64,000 nucleotides of DNA from Escherichia coli (GCF_003334785.1 NZ_QOWV01000001.1), one strand, 5' to 3'; shown: positions 34,495-46,278, counted from the first letter of the stretch. The notes: generated by a model from the letters alone, not told the origin. A program made the numbers and translations.

Positions 34495-35775
34495 ATGACC
34501 GAACATACCAGCAGTTACTACGCCGCCAGTGCGAATAAATATGCACCATTCGACACGCTGAATGAGTCAATCACCTGCGACGTTTGCGTGGTTGGCGGCG
34601 GCTATACCGGGCTCTCCTCCGCGCTGCATCTGGCGGAAGCGGGCTTTGACGTAGTGGTTCTCGAAGCCTCACGCATCGGCTTTGGCGCAAGCGGGCGCAA
34701 TGGCGGACAGCTTGTGAACTCCTACAGCCGCGACATCGACGTGATCGAAAAAAGCTACGGCATGGACACCGCCCGTATGCTCGGCAGCATGATGTTCGAA
34801 GGTGGTGAGATCATCCGCGAACGTATCAAACGTTATCAGATTGACTGCGACTACCGCCCCGGCGGCCTGTTTGTGGCGATGAATGATAAACAGCTCGCCA
34901 CACTTGAAGAGCAGAAAGAGAACTGGGAACGCTACGGCAATAAACAGCTGGAATTGCTGGACGCCAACGCCATTCGCCGTGAAGTAGCCAGCGATCGCTA
35001 TACCGGTGCGCTGCTTGATCACAGCGGTGGGCATATTCATCCGCTAAACCTTGCCATTGGCGAAGCGGACGCCATCCGCCTCAACGGCGGGCGCGTGTAT
35101 GAACTTTCTGCCGTGACGCAGATCCAGCACACCACGCCAGCCGTTGTGCGAACTGCCAAAGGTCAGGTGACGGCGAAGTATGTGATTGTCGCCGGGAATG
35201 CGTATCTGGGCGATAAAGTAGAGCCGGAACTGGCGAAACGCAGCATGCCGTGCGGCACGCAGGTGATCACCACCGAACGGCTGTCGGAAGATTTAGCCCG
35301 TTCGCTGATCCCGAAAAACTACTGTGTGGAAGACTGTAACTATCTGCTTGATTACTACCGTCTTACCGCCGACAACCGCCTGCTGTACGGCGGCGGCGTG
35401 GTCTACGGCGCGCGCGACCCGGATGACGTTGAGCGCCTTGTGGTGCCGAAACTGCTGAAAACCTTCCCGCAGCTGAAGGGCGTGAAAATTGATTACCGCT
35501 GGACGGGCAACTTCCTGCTGACCCTGTCGCGTATGCCGCAGTTTGGTCGCCTCGATACCAACATCTATTACATGCAGGGCTACAGCGGCCACGGCGTGAC
35601 CTGTACTCATCTAGCCGGACGTTTGATTGCCGAACTGCTGCGCGGCGACGCCGAACGTTTCGATGCCTTCGCCAATCTGCCGCATTACCCGTTCCCCGGC
35701 GGGCGCACGCTGCGTGTGCCGTTTACCGCGATGGGCGCGGCGTATTACAGCCTGCGCGATCGTCTGGGCGTTTAA
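34495..35775 (+). CDS. puuB: Gamma-glutamylputrescine oxidoreductase (FAD-dependent)
   Basis: 426-aa ORF with FAD-binding GxGxxG (VVGGGYTGLSSA). Confidence 0.95.
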   Translation: MTEHTSSYYAASANKYAPFDTLNESITCDVCVVGGGYTGLSSALHLAEAGFDVVVLEASRIGFGASGRNGGQLVNSYSRDIDVIEKSYGMDTARMLGSMMFEGGEIIRERIKRYQIDCDYRPGGLFVAMNDKQLATLEEQKENWERYGNKQLELLDANAIRREVASDRYTGALLDHSGGHIHPLNLAIGEADAIRLNGGRVYELSAVTQIQHTTPAVVRTAKGQVTAKYVIVAGNAYLGDKVEPELAKRSMPCGTQVITTERLSEDLARSLIPKNYCVEDCNYLLDYYRLTADNRLLYGGGVVYGARDPDDVERLVVPKLLKTFPQLKGVKIDYRWTGNFLLTLSRMPQFGRLDTNIYYMQGYSGHGVTCTHLAGRLIAELLRGDAERFDAFANLPHYPFPGGRTLRVPFTAMGAAYYSLRDRLGV

Positions 35776-35812
35776 TTTCCGATTAACCGTGAAGAGTCAA
35801 AAGGTGTGAAAC

Positions 35813-37078
35813 ATGAGCAACAATGAATTCCATCAGCGTCGTCTTTCTGCCACTCCGCGCGGGGTTGGCGTGATGTGTAACTTCTTCGCCCAGTCGGCTG
35901 AAAACGCCACGCTGAAGGATGTTGAGGGCAACGAGTACATCGATTTCGCCGCAGGCATTGCGGTGCTGAATACCGGACATCGCCACCCTGATCTGGTCGC
36001 GGCGGTGGAGCAGCAACTGCAACAGTTTACCCACACCGCGTATCAGATTGTGCCGTATGAAAGCTACGTCACCCTGGCGGAGAAAATCAACGCCCTTGCC
36101 CCGGTGAGCGGGCAGGCCAAAACCGCGTTCTTCACCACCGGTGCGGAAGCGGTGGAAAACGCGGTGAAAATTGCTCGCGCCCATACCGGACGCCCTGGCG
36201 TGATTGCGTTTAGCGGCGGCTTTCACGGTCGTACGTATATGACCATGGCGCTGACCGGAAAAGTTGCGCCGTACAAAATCGGCTTCGGCCCGTTCCCTGG
36301 TTCGGTGTATCACGTACCTTATCCGTCAGATTTACACGGCATTTCAACACAGGACTCCCTCGACGCCATCGAACGCTTGTTTAAATCAGACATCGAAGCG
36401 AAGCAGGTGGCGGCGATTATTTTCGAACCGGTGCAGGGCGAGGGCGGTTTCAACGTTGCGCCAAAAGAGCTGGTTGCCGCTATTCGCCGCCTGTGCGACG
36501 AGCACGGTATTGTGATGATTGCTGATGAAGTGCAAAGCGGCTTTGCGCGTACCGGTAAGCTGTTTGCCATGGATCATTACGCCGATAAGCCGGATTTAAT
36601 GACGATGGCGAAAAGCCTCGCGGGCGGGATGCCGCTTTCGGGCGTGGTCGGTAACGCGAATATTATGGACGCACCCGCGCCGGGCGGGCTTGGCGGCACC
36701 TACGCCGGTAACCCGCTGGCGGTGGCTGCCGCGCACGCGGTGCTCAACATTATCGACAAAGAATCACTCTGCGAACGCGCGAATCAACTGGGCCAGCGTC
36801 TCAAAAACACGTTGATTGATGCCAAAGAAAGCGTTCCGGCCATTGCTGCGGTACGCGGCCTGGGGTCGATGATTGCGGTAGAGTTTAACGATCCGCAAAC
36901 GGGCGAGCCGTCAGCGGCGATTGCACAGAAAATCCAGCAACGCGCGCTGGCGCAGGGGCTGCTCCTGCTGACCTGTGGCGCATACGGCAACGTGATTCGC
37001 TTCCTGTATCCGCTGACCATCCCGGATGCGCAATTCGATGCGGCAATGAAAATTTTGCAGGATGCGCTGAGCGATTAA
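35813..37078 (+). CDS. puuE: 4-aminobutyrate aminotransferase (PLP-dependent)
   Basis: 421-aa class-III aminotransferase ORF MSNNEFHQRRLSATPRGVGVMCNFFAQSAEN... Confidence 0.95.
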   Translation: MSNNEFHQRRLSATPRGVGVMCNFFAQSAENATLKDVEGNEYIDFAAGIAVLNTGHRHPDLVAAVEQQLQQFTHTAYQIVPYESYVTLAEKINALAPVSGQAKTAFFTTGAEAVENAVKIARAHTGRPGVIAFSGGFHGRTYMTMALTGKVAPYKIGFGPFPGSVYHVPYPSDLHGISTQDSLDAIERLFKSDIEAKQVAAIIFEPVQGEGGFNVAPKELVAAIRRLCDEHGIVMIADEVQSGFARTGKLFAMDHYADKPDLMTMAKSLAGGMPLSGVVGNANIMDAPAPGGLGGTYAGNPLAVAAAHAVLNIIDKESLCERANQLGQRLKNTLIDAKESVPAIAAVRGLGSMIAVEFNDPQTGEPSAAIAQKIQQRALAQGLLLLTCGAYGNVIRFLYPLTIPDAQFDAAMKILQDALSD

Positions 37079-37093
37079 TAGCCCAAGGCAATA

Positions 37094-37182
37094 ATGTCTG
37101 ATGCGCTGCGCTTATCAGGCCTGCAAACGACGTATTGATTATGTATGCCGAATAAAGCATTCACGCCGCATCCGGCAAGTTG
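37094..37182. repeat. BIME: pair of inverted REP elements between puuE and pspF
   Basis: gtctgatgcgctgcgcttatcaggcctgc and gccgaataaagcattcacgccgcatccggcaag in opposite orientations. Confidence 0.75.
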
Positions 37183-37197
37183 TATTGCTCAACTTCG

Positions 37198-38175
37198 CTA
37201 AATCTGGTGCTTTTTCAACAACGCGCGGAACTGATGATAAGTTAACCCCAGTAATTCAGCCGCGCGCTTCTGGTTATATTTCCCTTGTTGCAAACTGAGT
37301 TGCAGCAACTCTTTTTCCTGCTGCATCTGAAACTCACGTAAATCCAGCGGCAGTGTTGGAAGCGAGGTGGTTTCTGAAACGGCGATAGCGTCTTCAGGCG
37401 GACGCCGTTTAAAGGGATCAATAATGATGTCATCAAGCGGATAATCGCTGGTGCCGTGGCGATACACTGAACGTTCCACCACGTTTTTCAATTCACGAAT
37501 ATTTCCCGGCCAACGATAATTCAGCAATGTTTCTCTGGCGCGCTCCGTAAACCCCGGGAACAGAGGCAGCTTGATTTCCCGACACATCTGGATGGCAAAG
37601 TATTCTGCCATCAACATTATGTCGCTTTCGCGCTCGCGCAGTGGTGGCAGTTGTACAACATCAAAAGCCAGTCGGTCGAGCAGGTCAGCGCGAAAAGTGC
37701 CTTCATTGACCATCGCCGGGAGATCGGCATTCGTCGCGCATACCAACCGCACATTCACCTGCAATGGCTGGCTGCCGCCAACGCGCTCCAGTTCACCGTA
37801 CTCAATCACGCGCAATAATTTCTCCTGCACCATCATCGGTGCCGTAGCGAGTTCATCAAGAAATAGCGTACCGCCGTCGGCACGTTCAAATCTCCCTGGA
37901 TGACGTTTTTGCGCACCGGTAAACGCCCCCGCTTCGTGACCAAACAGTTCGGAATCCAGCAGATTTTCATTTAACGCCGCGCAGTTAAGGGAAATAAACG
38001 GCCCTTGCCAACGGGAGGAGAGATAATGCAGGCGGCTGGCAATCAGCTCTTTACCGGTGCCGCGTTCGCCGATGATGAGCACCGGTTTGTCCAGCGGTGC
38101 GAGATGCGAAACCTGTTCCAGCACTTCGAGAAAGCTGTTCGCCTCACCAAGTAAATTATCTTTGTATTCTGCCAT
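37198..38175 (-). CDS. pspF: sigma54-dependent activator PspF (AAA+ bEBP lacking a regulatory domain)
   Basis: 325-aa protein starting MAEYKDNLLGEANSFLEVLEQVSHLAPLDKPVLIIGERGTGKE; GAFTGA loop; C-terminal HTH. Confidence 0.96.
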   Translation of the reverse strand: MAEYKDNLLGEANSFLEVLEQVSHLAPLDKPVLIIGERGTGKELIASRLHYLSSRWQGPFISLNCAALNENLLDSELFGHEAGAFTGAQKRHPGRFERADGGTLFLDELATAPMMVQEKLLRVIEYGELERVGGSQPLQVNVRLVCATNADLPAMVNEGTFRADLLDRLAFDVVQLPPLRERESDIMLMAEYFAIQMCREIKLPLFPGFTERARETLLNYRWPGNIRELKNVVERSVYRHGTSDYPLDDIIIDPFKRRPPEDAIAVSETTSLPTLPLDLREFQMQQEKELLQLSLQQGKYNQKRAAELLGLTYHQFRALLKKHQI

Positions 38176-38269
38176 GATGAAATTCGCCACTTGTTAGTGT
38201 AATTCGCTAACTCATCCTGGCATGTTGCTGTTGATTCTTCAATCAGATCTTTATAAATCAAAAAGATAA

Positions 38270-39010
<741 letters not shown>

Positions 39011-39063
39011 TAACATCCAGGCGGCGTCCGAACGCGCCGCCGCTCATCGTCTAAGGAGTACTT

Positions 39064-39288
39064 ATGAGCGCGCTATTTCTGGCTATTCCGTTAACCATTT
39101 TTGTGCTGTTTGTTTTACCGATCTGGTTATGGCTGCATTACAGCAATCGTTCTGGTCGCAGTGAATTGTCGCAAAGTGAGCAGCAGCGATTAGCGCAACT
39201 GGCTGATGAAGCAAAACGGATGCGCGAACGTATTCAGGCGCTGGAATCTATTCTTGATGCAGAACATCCGAACTGGAGGGATCGCTAA
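39064..39288 (+). CDS. pspB: Phage shock protein B
   Basis: 74-aa single-TM ORF MSALFLAIPLTIFVLFVLPIWLWLHYSNRSGRSELSQSEQQRL... Confidence 0.95.
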   Translation: MSALFLAIPLTIFVLFVLPIWLWLHYSNRSGRSELSQSEQQRLAQLADEAKRMRERIQALESILDAEHPNWRDR

Positions 39289-39647
39289 TGGCGGGCATTA
39301 ATCTCAATAAAAAATTATGGCGTATTCCACAGCAGGGCATGGTCCGCGGCGTCTGCGCCGGGATTGCCAACTATTTTGATGTACCGGTAAAACTGGTGCG
39401 TATCCTGGTGGTGCTGTCGATTTTCTTCGGTCTGGCGCTGTTTACCCTGGTTGCTTACATCATTTTGTCATTTGCGCTTGATCCAATGCCGGACAACATG
39501 GCCTTTGGTGAGCAGCTACCTTCCAGCAGCGAATTGCTGGATGAAGTCGACCGTGAACTGGCGGCAAGTGAAACGCGTTTACGCGAGATGGAACGTTATG
39601 TCACTTCCGATACTTTCACGTTACGTAGCCGTTTCCGTCAACTGTGA
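39288..39647 (+). CDS. pspC: Phage shock protein C
   Basis: 119-aa ORF; start overlaps the pspB stop (TAATG). Confidence 0.95.
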
Positions 39648-39655
39648 GGAAAGTT

Positions 39656-39877
39656 ATGAATACTCGCTGGCAACAGGCCGGGCAAAAGGTAAAGCCTGGT
39701 TTCAAATTAGCAGGCAAGCTGGTACTTCTTACCGCACTGCGCTATGGCCCGGCGGGTGTGGCGGGCTGGGCGATAAAATCAGTTGCTCGCCGACCGCTGA
39801 AAATGTTGCTGGCTGTGGCGCTGGAACCGCTGTTAAGTCGGGCTGCTAATAAACTGGCACAGCGTTATAAAAGGTGA
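39656..39877 (+). CDS. pspD: Phage shock protein D
   Basis: 73-aa protein starting [20 protein letters not shown] (track ORF extended 4 codons). Confidence 0.9.
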
Positions 39878-39951
39878 GGGGAGTTTCGCAAAAATTGTTA
39901 AATCTCAGGCGTATAATGGATGGCAATTTTCATCCATAGAAGGACGCTTAC

Positions 39952-40266
39952 ATGTTTAAAAAAGGCTTACTTGCTCTGGCACTGGTGTTTTCACTGCCCG
40001 TTTTCGCCGCTGAACACTGGATCGATGTTCGTGTTCCAGAGCAGTATCAGCAAGAGCACGTTCAGGGGGCCATCAATATTCCCCTGAAGGAAGTGAAAGA
40101 GCGCATTGCCACCGCCGTTCCGGATAAAAACGACACCGTGAAAGTGTATTGCAATGCCGGACGCCAGTCAGGGCAAGCAAAAGAGATCCTTAGCGAGATG
40201 GGATATACCCACGTTGAGAACGCCGGTGGCCTGAAAGACATCGCAATGCCGAAGGTCAAAGGTTAA
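39952..40266 (+). CDS. pspE: Periplasmic rhodanese (thiosulfate sulfurtransferase) PspE
   Basis: 104-aa ORF with signal peptide and rhodanese active-site Cys (VYCNAGRQS). Confidence 0.95.
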   Translation: MFKKGLLALALVFSLPVFAAEHWIDVRVPEQYQQEHVQGAINIPLKEVKERIATAVPDKNDTVKVYCNAGRQSGQAKEILSEMGYTHVENAGGLKDIAMPKVKG

Positions 40267-40280
40267 AAGAATTCACCATG

Positions 40281-40307
40281 AGCGGCGCTTATGCGCCGTT
40301 TTTTTTT
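40281..40307 (+). terminator. Intrinsic terminator of the psp operon
   Basis: agcggcgc-ttat-gcgccg hairpin followed by ttttttttt. Confidence 0.75.
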
Positions 40308-40478
40308 CTGTCACACCTTATTTACATCCCCATAGATTATTTGCGTCAGCTCACAAATACGCTTTTTCCCTGGTAAAAAATGATTTCCTGCGTGACTAAA
40401 ACCCTTGTGCTCAATTGACAGTTTATTTTCTGCGGAGTAGTCTCTCGTTTCATGGGACCGCTACCACGGAAAGGCAAC

Positions 40479-42158
40479 ATGAAACAGAAAATTACGGATT
40501 ACCTGGACGAAATCTACGGTGGAACATTTACCGCAACTCATTTACAGAAACTTGTAACGCGTCTTGAGAGTGCGAAACGATTAATTACACAGCGACGTAA
40601 AAAACACTGGGATGAAAGTGATGTCGTGTTAATTACCTATGCCGATCAATTTCACAGCAATGATTTAAAACCATTACCCACATTTAATCAGTTTTACCAT
40701 CAATGGCTGCAAAGCATTTTTTCACATGTTCATTTGTTGCCGTTTTATCCATGGTCATCTGATGATGGCTTTTCGGTAATTGATTATCATCAGGTCGCCA
40801 GTGAAGCGGGGGAGTGGCAGGATATTCAGCAACTCGGTGAATGCAGTCATTTAATGTTTGATTTTGTCTGCAACCATATGTCGGCAAAAAGTGAATGGTT
40901 TAAAAACTATTTACAACAGCATCCAGGTTTTGAAGATTTTTTTATTGCCGTTGACCCGCAAACCGATCTCAGCGCCGTCACTCGCCCGCGTGCGTTACCG
41001 TTATTAACGCCATTCCAGATGCGCGATCATTCAACGCGCCATTTATGGACCACCTTTAGTGACGATCAAATTGACCTGAATTACCGTAGCCCTGAAGTGT
41101 TGCTGGCGATGGTGGATGTTTTACTCTGTTACCTTGCGAAAGGTGCTGAGTATGTCCGCCTGGATGCCGTTGGCTTTATGTGGAAAGAGCCGGGAACAAG
41201 CTGCATCCATCTGGAAAAAACACATCTGATTATCAAACTGTTACGGTCGATTATTGATAACGTTGCGCCAGGTACAGTGATCATTACCGAGACCAATGTT
41301 CCGCATAAAGACAACATTGCTTACTTTGGCGCAGGCGATGACGAAGCACATATGGTGTACCAGTTCTCGCTGCCGCCACTGGTGCTGCATGCGGTGCAAA
41401 AACAGAACGTTGAGGCGCTTTGTGCGTGGGCGCAAAACCTGACACTACCTTCCAGCAACACCACCTGGTTTAACTTCCTCGCCTCTCACGATGGCATCGG
41501 GCTAAACCCGCTACGGGGCTTGTTGCCTGAAAGCGAAATATTAGAGCTGGTCGAGGCGTTACAGCAGGAAGGTGCATTAGTAAACTGGAAAAATAATCCC
41601 GACGGTACACGCAGTCCGTATGAAATAAATGTGACCTATATGGATGCGTTAAGCCGCCGTGAGAGTAGCGATGAAGAACGTTGCGCCAGGTTTATCCTTG
41701 CCCATGCGATTTTGTTAAGTTTCCCCGGTGTGCCAGCGATATATATTCAAAGTATTCTTGGCTCGCGTAATGATTACGCAGGTGTCGAAAAAATCGGATA
41801 TAACCGTGCGATTAACCGTAAAAAATATCACAGTAAAGAGATAACCCGAGAACTGAACGATGAAGCTACATTAAGGCATGCGGTATATCATGAGTTGTCG
41901 CGTTTAATTACACTTCGTCGCAGCCATAACGAGTTTCATCCGGATAATAATTTTACCATTGATACGATTAATTCATCCGTAATGCGTATTCAAAGAAGTA
42001 ACGCTGATGGTAATTGTCTGACTGGATTGTTTAATGTCAGTAAAAATATTCAGCATGTAAATATTACTAATCTGCATGGTCGGGATCTGATTAGTGAAGT
42101 TGATATATTGGGTAATGAAATAACGCTGCGCCCCTGGCAGGTTATGTGGATTAAATAA
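40479..42158 (+). CDS. ycjM: GH13 sucrose-phosphorylase-like enzyme (glucosylglycerate phosphorylase)
   Basis: 559-aa protein starting MKQKITDYLDEIYGGTFTATHLQKL (track ORF extended 9 codons). Confidence 0.9.
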   Translation: MKQKITDYLDEIYGGTFTATHLQKLVTRLESAKRLITQRRKKHWDESDVVLITYADQFHSNDLKPLPTFNQFYHQWLQSIFSHVHLLPFYPWSSDDGFSVIDYHQVASEAGEWQDIQQLGECSHLMFDFVCNHMSAKSEWFKNYLQQHPGFEDFFIAVDPQTDLSAVTRPRALPLLTPFQMRDHSTRHLWTTFSDDQIDLNYRSPEVLLAMVDVLLCYLAKGAEYVRLDAVGFMWKEPGTSCIHLEKTHLIIKLLRSIIDNVAPGTVIITETNVPHKDNIAYFGAGDDEAHMVYQFSLPPLVLHAVQKQNVEALCAWAQNLTLPSSNTTWFNFLASHDGIGLNPLRGLLPESEILELVEALQQEGALVNWKNNPDGTRSPYEINVTYMDALSRRESSDEERCARFILAHAILLSFPGVPAIYIQSILGSRNDYAGVEKIGYNRAINRKKYHSKEITRELNDEATLRHAVYHELSRLITLRRSHNEFHPDNNFTIDTINSSVMRIQRSNADGNCLTGLFNVSKNIQHVNITNLHGRDLISEVDILGNEITLRPWQVMWIK

Positions 42159-42171
42159 AAAGGAACATCTC

Positions 42172-43464
42172 ATGATTAAATCAAAAATCGTGCTGTTATC
42201 AGCACTGGTTTCATGCGCCCTGATTTCAGGCTGTAAAGAAGAAAATAAAACGAATGTATCCATCGAATTTATGCATTCTTCGGTGGAGCAGGAGCGCCAG
42301 GCCGTTATCAGTAAATTGATTGCCCGTTTTGAAAAAGAAAACCCTGGCATCACCGTTAAGCAAGTGCCCGTGGAAGAAGATGCCTATAACACTAAAGTCA
42401 TTACTCTTTCACGTAGCGGTTCGCTGCCGGAAGTGATCGAAACCAGCCATGACTACGCCAAAGTGATGGACAAAGAGCAGCTTATCGATCGCAAAGCGGT
42501 TGCCACAGTCATCAGCAACGTTGGTGAAGGCGCGTTTTACGATGGCGTACTGCGTATTGTGCGTACCGAAGATGGTAGCGCATGGACCGGTGTTCCTGTC
42601 AGCGCCTGGATTGGCGGTATCTGGTATCGCAAAGATGTGCTGGCAAAAGCGGGGCTTGAGGAGCCGAAAAACTGGCAACAGCTGCTGGACGTTGCACAGA
42701 AACTGAATGACCCGGCGAATAAAAAATACGGCATTGCGCTGCCTACAGCAGAAAGCGTGTTGACGGAACAATCCTTCTCCCAGTTTGCGTTATCCAACCA
42801 GGCTAACGTCTTTAACGCCGAAGGCAAAATCACCCTTGATACACCAGAGATGATGCAGGCACTGACCTATTACCGCGACCTTGCTGCCAACACTATGCCG
42901 GGTTCTAACGACATCATGGAAGTGAAAGACGCCTTTATGAACGGCACCGCGCCGATGGCGATTTACTCCACCTATATCCTTCCGGCTGTGATTAAAGAAG
43001 GCGACCCGAAAAACGTCGGTTTCGTGGTGCCAACCGAGAAAAACTCTGCGGTCTACGGCATGTTGACCTCGCTGACCATTACCGCCGGGCAAAAGACCGA
43101 AGAGACGGAAGCAGCAGAAAAATTTGTCACCTTTATGGAGCAGGCAGACAACATTGCCGACTGGGTGATGATGTCGCCAGGTGCTGCGCTGCCGGTGAAT
43201 AAAGCGGTGGTGACTACCGCCACCTGGAAAGACAACGACGTTATTAAGGCGCTGGGTGAACTACCGAATCAGCTAATCGGTGAACTGCCAAATATTCAGG
43301 TTTTTGGCGCAGTAGGGGATAAAAACTTTACCCGCATGGGTGATGTGACGGGTTCTGGCGTGGTGAGTTCAATGGTGCATAACGTCACCGTGGGTAAAGC
43401 CGATCTCTCTACTACGCTGCAAGCGAGCCAGAAAAAACTGGATGAACTGATCGAACAGCACTAA
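42172..43464 (+). CDS. ycjN: Sugar ABC transporter periplasmic substrate-binding protein
   Basis: 430-aa ORF with lipoprotein-type signal (LISGC). Confidence 0.9.
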   Translation: MIKSKIVLLSALVSCALISGCKEENKTNVSIEFMHSSVEQERQAVISKLIARFEKENPGITVKQVPVEEDAYNTKVITLSRSGSLPEVIETSHDYAKVMDKEQLIDRKAVATVISNVGEGAFYDGVLRIVRTEDGSAWTGVPVSAWIGGIWYRKDVLAKAGLEEPKNWQQLLDVAQKLNDPANKKYGIALPTAESVLTEQSFSQFALSNQANVFNAEGKITLDTPEMMQALTYYRDLAANTMPGSNDIMEVKDAFMNGTAPMAIYSTYILPAVIKEGDPKNVGFVVPTEKNSAVYGMLTSLTITAGQKTEETEAAEKFVTFMEQADNIADWVMMSPGAALPVNKAVVTTATWKDNDVIKALGELPNQLIGELPNIQVFGAVGDKNFTRMGDVTGSGVVSSMVHNVTVGKADLSTTLQASQKKLDELIEQH

Positions 43465-43484
43465 ACCCAGGACAGGAATCCGCA

Positions 43485-44366
43485 ATGAACAGGCTTTTTT
43501 CAGGTCGTTCCGATATGCCCTTTGCGCTGCTGCTTCTCGCGCCCAGCTTATTACTGCTGGGCGGTCTGGTGGCGTGGCCGATGGTGTCGAATATCGAAAT
43601 CAGTTTTTTACGTCTGCCGCTCAATCCCAACATCGAGTCAACGTTTGTTGGGGTGAGCAACTATGTGCGTATCCTCTCCGATCCCGGCTTCTGGCATTCG
43701 CTGTGGATGACGGTCTGGTATACCGCGCTGGTGGTGGCGGGCAGCACCGTGCTCGGGCTGGCGGTGGCGATGTTTTTCAACCGCGAGTTCCGCCTGCGCA
43801 AAACCGCGCGTTCGCTGGTGATCCTCTCCTACGTAACGCCGTCCATTTCGCTGGTGTTCGCCTGGAAATACATGTTCAACAACGGCTACGGCATTGTTAA
43901 CTACCTCGGCGTCGATCTTCTGCATCTCTATGAGCAGGCACCGCTGTGGTTCGATAATCCGGGCAGTAGCTTTGTGCTGGTGGTGCTGTTCGCCATCTGG
44001 CGCTACTTCCCGTATGCCTTTATCTCGTTTCTGGCGATTTTGCAGACCATCGACAAATCGCTGTACGAAGCGGCAGAGATGGATGGCGCTAATGCCTGGC
44101 AACGGTTTCGTATCGTCACGCTGCCCGCAATTATGCCGGTCCTGGCGACGGTGGTGACACTGCGCACCATCTGGATGTTCTACATGTTCGCGGATGTTTA
44201 TTTGCTGACGACCAAGGTCGATATTCTCGGTGTATATCTCTACAAAACCGCCTTTGCCTTTAATGATTTAGGAAAAGCGGCGGCGATCTCGGTGGTGCTC
44301 TTCATCATTATTTTCGCTGTCATTCTGCTGACCAGGAAACGGGTGAACCTCAATGGCAACAAATAA
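43485..44366 (+). CDS. ycjO: Sugar ABC transporter permease
   Basis: 293-aa MalF-like permease ORF. Confidence 0.9.
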   Translation: MNRLFSGRSDMPFALLLLAPSLLLLGGLVAWPMVSNIEISFLRLPLNPNIESTFVGVSNYVRILSDPGFWHSLWMTVWYTALVVAGSTVLGLAVAMFFNREFRLRKTARSLVILSYVTPSISLVFAWKYMFNNGYGIVNYLGVDLLHLYEQAPLWFDNPGSSFVLVVLFAIWRYFPYAFISFLAILQTIDKSLYEAAEMDGANAWQRFRIVTLPAIMPVLATVVTLRTIWMFYMFADVYLLTTKVDILGVYLYKTAFAFNDLGKAAAISVVLFIIIFAVILLTRKRVNLNGNK

Positions 44367-45195
44367 ACGCACACTCAGTCGCATCGGTTTTTACTGCGAG
44401 CTGGCGCTGTTTCTCATCATCACGCTGTTTCCATTTTTTGTGATGCTGATGACCTCGTTCAAGGGCGCGAAAGAGGCGATCTCACTGCATCCTACGCTGC
44501 TGCCGCAGCAGTGGACGCTGGAGCATTACGTCGACATTTTTAACCCGATGATTTTCCCGTTTGTCGACTACTTCCGTAACAGTCTGGTGGTGTCTGTGGT
44601 TTCATCCGTGGTGGCGGTATTCCTCGGCATTCTTGGGGCTTACGCGCTTTCCCGCCTGCGCTTTAAAGGTCGGATGACCATCAACGCCAGCTTTTACACG
44701 GTGTATATGTTCTCTGGCATTTTGCTGGTGGTGCCGCTTTTCAAAATCATCACCGCGCTTGGCATTTACGACACTGAGATGGCGCTGATCATCACCATGG
44801 TGACGCAAACTCTGCCCACCGCCGTGTTTATGCTGAAAAGCTACTTCGACACCATCCCCGATGAGATCGAAGAAGCGGCGATGATGGATGGCCTCAACCG
44901 TCTGCAAATTATCTTCCGCATCACCGTGCCGTTGGCGATGTCCGGGCTGATATCCGTGTTCGTCTACTGCTTTATGGTGGCGTGGAACGACTATCTGTTT
45001 GCGTCGATTTTCCTCTCCAGCGCCAGCAATTTCACCTTACCGGTGGGCCTGAACGCGCTGTTCAGTACGCCAGATTACATCTGGGGACGGATGATGGCGG
45101 CCTCACTGGTGACCGCATTGCCGGTGGTGATTATGTATGCGCTTTCGGAACGTTTTATTAAGAGTGGTTTGACCGCCGGTGGCGTGAAGGGCTAA
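44353..45195 (+). CDS. ycjP: Sugar ABC transporter permease
   Basis: 280-aa MalG-like permease ORF; overlaps ycjO by 14 nt. Confidence 0.9.
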   Translation: MATNKRTLSRIGFYCELALFLIITLFPFFVMLMTSFKGAKEAISLHPTLLPQQWTLEHYVDIFNPMIFPFVDYFRNSLVVSVVSSVVAVFLGILGAYALSRLRFKGRMTINASFYTVYMFSGILLVVPLFKIITALGIYDTEMALIITMVTQTLPTAVFMLKSYFDTIPDEIEEAAMMDGLNRLQIIFRITVPLAMSGLISVFVYCFMVAWNDYLFASIFLSSASNFTLPVGLNALFSTPDYIWGRMMAASLVTALPVVIMYALSERFIKSGLTAGGVKG

Positions 45196-45225
45196 AGCGG
45201 CCAGTTTCTTTACAAGGAGTTTTAA

Positions 45226-46278
45226 ATGAAAAAGTTAGTAGCCACAGCACCGCGTGTTGCTGCGCTGGTTGAGTATGAAGATCGGGCGATTTTAGCTAAT
45301 GAAGTGAAGATCCGCGTGCGTTTCGGCGCACCGAAACACGGAACGGAAGTGGTCGACTTCCGCGCCGCCAGCCCGTTTATTGATGAAGACTTTAACGGCG
45401 AATGGCAGATGTTCACTCCGCGTCCGGCAGATGCGCCGCGCGGCATTGAGTTTGGCAAATTCCAGCTTGGCAACATGGTGGTTGGCGACATTATCGAGTG
45501 CGGCAGCGACGTTACCGACTACGCGGTGGGCGACAGCGTATGCGGCTACGGCCCGCTCTCCGAGACGGTCATCATTAACGCAGTGAATAACTACAAGCTG
45601 CGCAAAATGCCGCAAGGCAGCTCCTGGAAAAACGCCGTCTGCTACGACCCGGCGCAGTTTGCCATGAGCGGCGTGCGCGATGCCAACGTGCGCGTAGGGG
45701 ATTTTGTGGTGGTGGTAGGGCTTGGCGCAATCGGTCAAATTGCCATCCAACTGGCTAAACGCGCTGGCGCTTCTGTGGTGATTGGCGTCGATCCTATCGC
45801 CCATCGCTGTGATATTGCCCGTCGCCACGGCGCGGATTTCTGCCTTAACCCCATCGGCACTGATGTAGGTAAAGAGATCAAAACGCTGACCGGCAAGCAG
45901 GGTGCCGATGTGATTATCGAAACCAGCGGCTACGCCGACGCGCTGCAATCGGCGCTCCGCGGTCTGGCTTATGGCGGCACCATCTCCTATGTCGCGTTTG
46001 CCAAGCCGTTTGCCGAAGGTTTTAACCTCGGACGCGAAGCGCATTTCAATAACGCCAAAATTGTCTTCTCTCGCGCGTGCAGCGAACCGAACCCGGATTA
46101 TCCGCGCTGGAGCCGCAAGCGTATTGAAGAAACCTGTTGGGAACTGCTGATGAACGGTTATCTCAATTGCGAAGATTTAATCGACCCGGTGGTGACCTTT
46201 GCCAATAGCCCGGAAAGCTATATGCAGTATGTCGACCAGCATCCGGAACAGAGCATCAAAATGGGCGTTACGTTTTAA
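45226..46278 (+). CDS. ycjQ: Zn-dependent MDR-family dehydrogenase (D-guloside 3-dehydrogenase)
   Basis: 350-aa ORF MKKLVATAPRVAALVEYEDRAILANEVKIRVRFGAPKHGTEV... Confidence 0.9.
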   Translation: MKKLVATAPRVAALVEYEDRAILANEVKIRVRFGAPKHGTEVVDFRAASPFIDEDFNGEWQMFTPRPADAPRGIEFGKFQLGNMVVGDIIECGSDVTDYAVGDSVCGYGPLSETVIINAVNNYKLRKMPQGSSWKNAVCYDPAQFAMSGVRDANVRVGDFVVVVGLGAIGQIAIQLAKRAGASVVIGVDPIAHRCDIARRHGADFCLNPIGTDVGKEIKTLTGKQGADVIIETSGYADALQSALRGLAYGGTISYVAFAKPFAEGFNLGREAHFNNAKIVFSRACSEPNPDYPRWSRKRIEETCWELLMNGYLNCEDLIDPVVTFANSPESYMQYVDQHPEQSIKMGVTF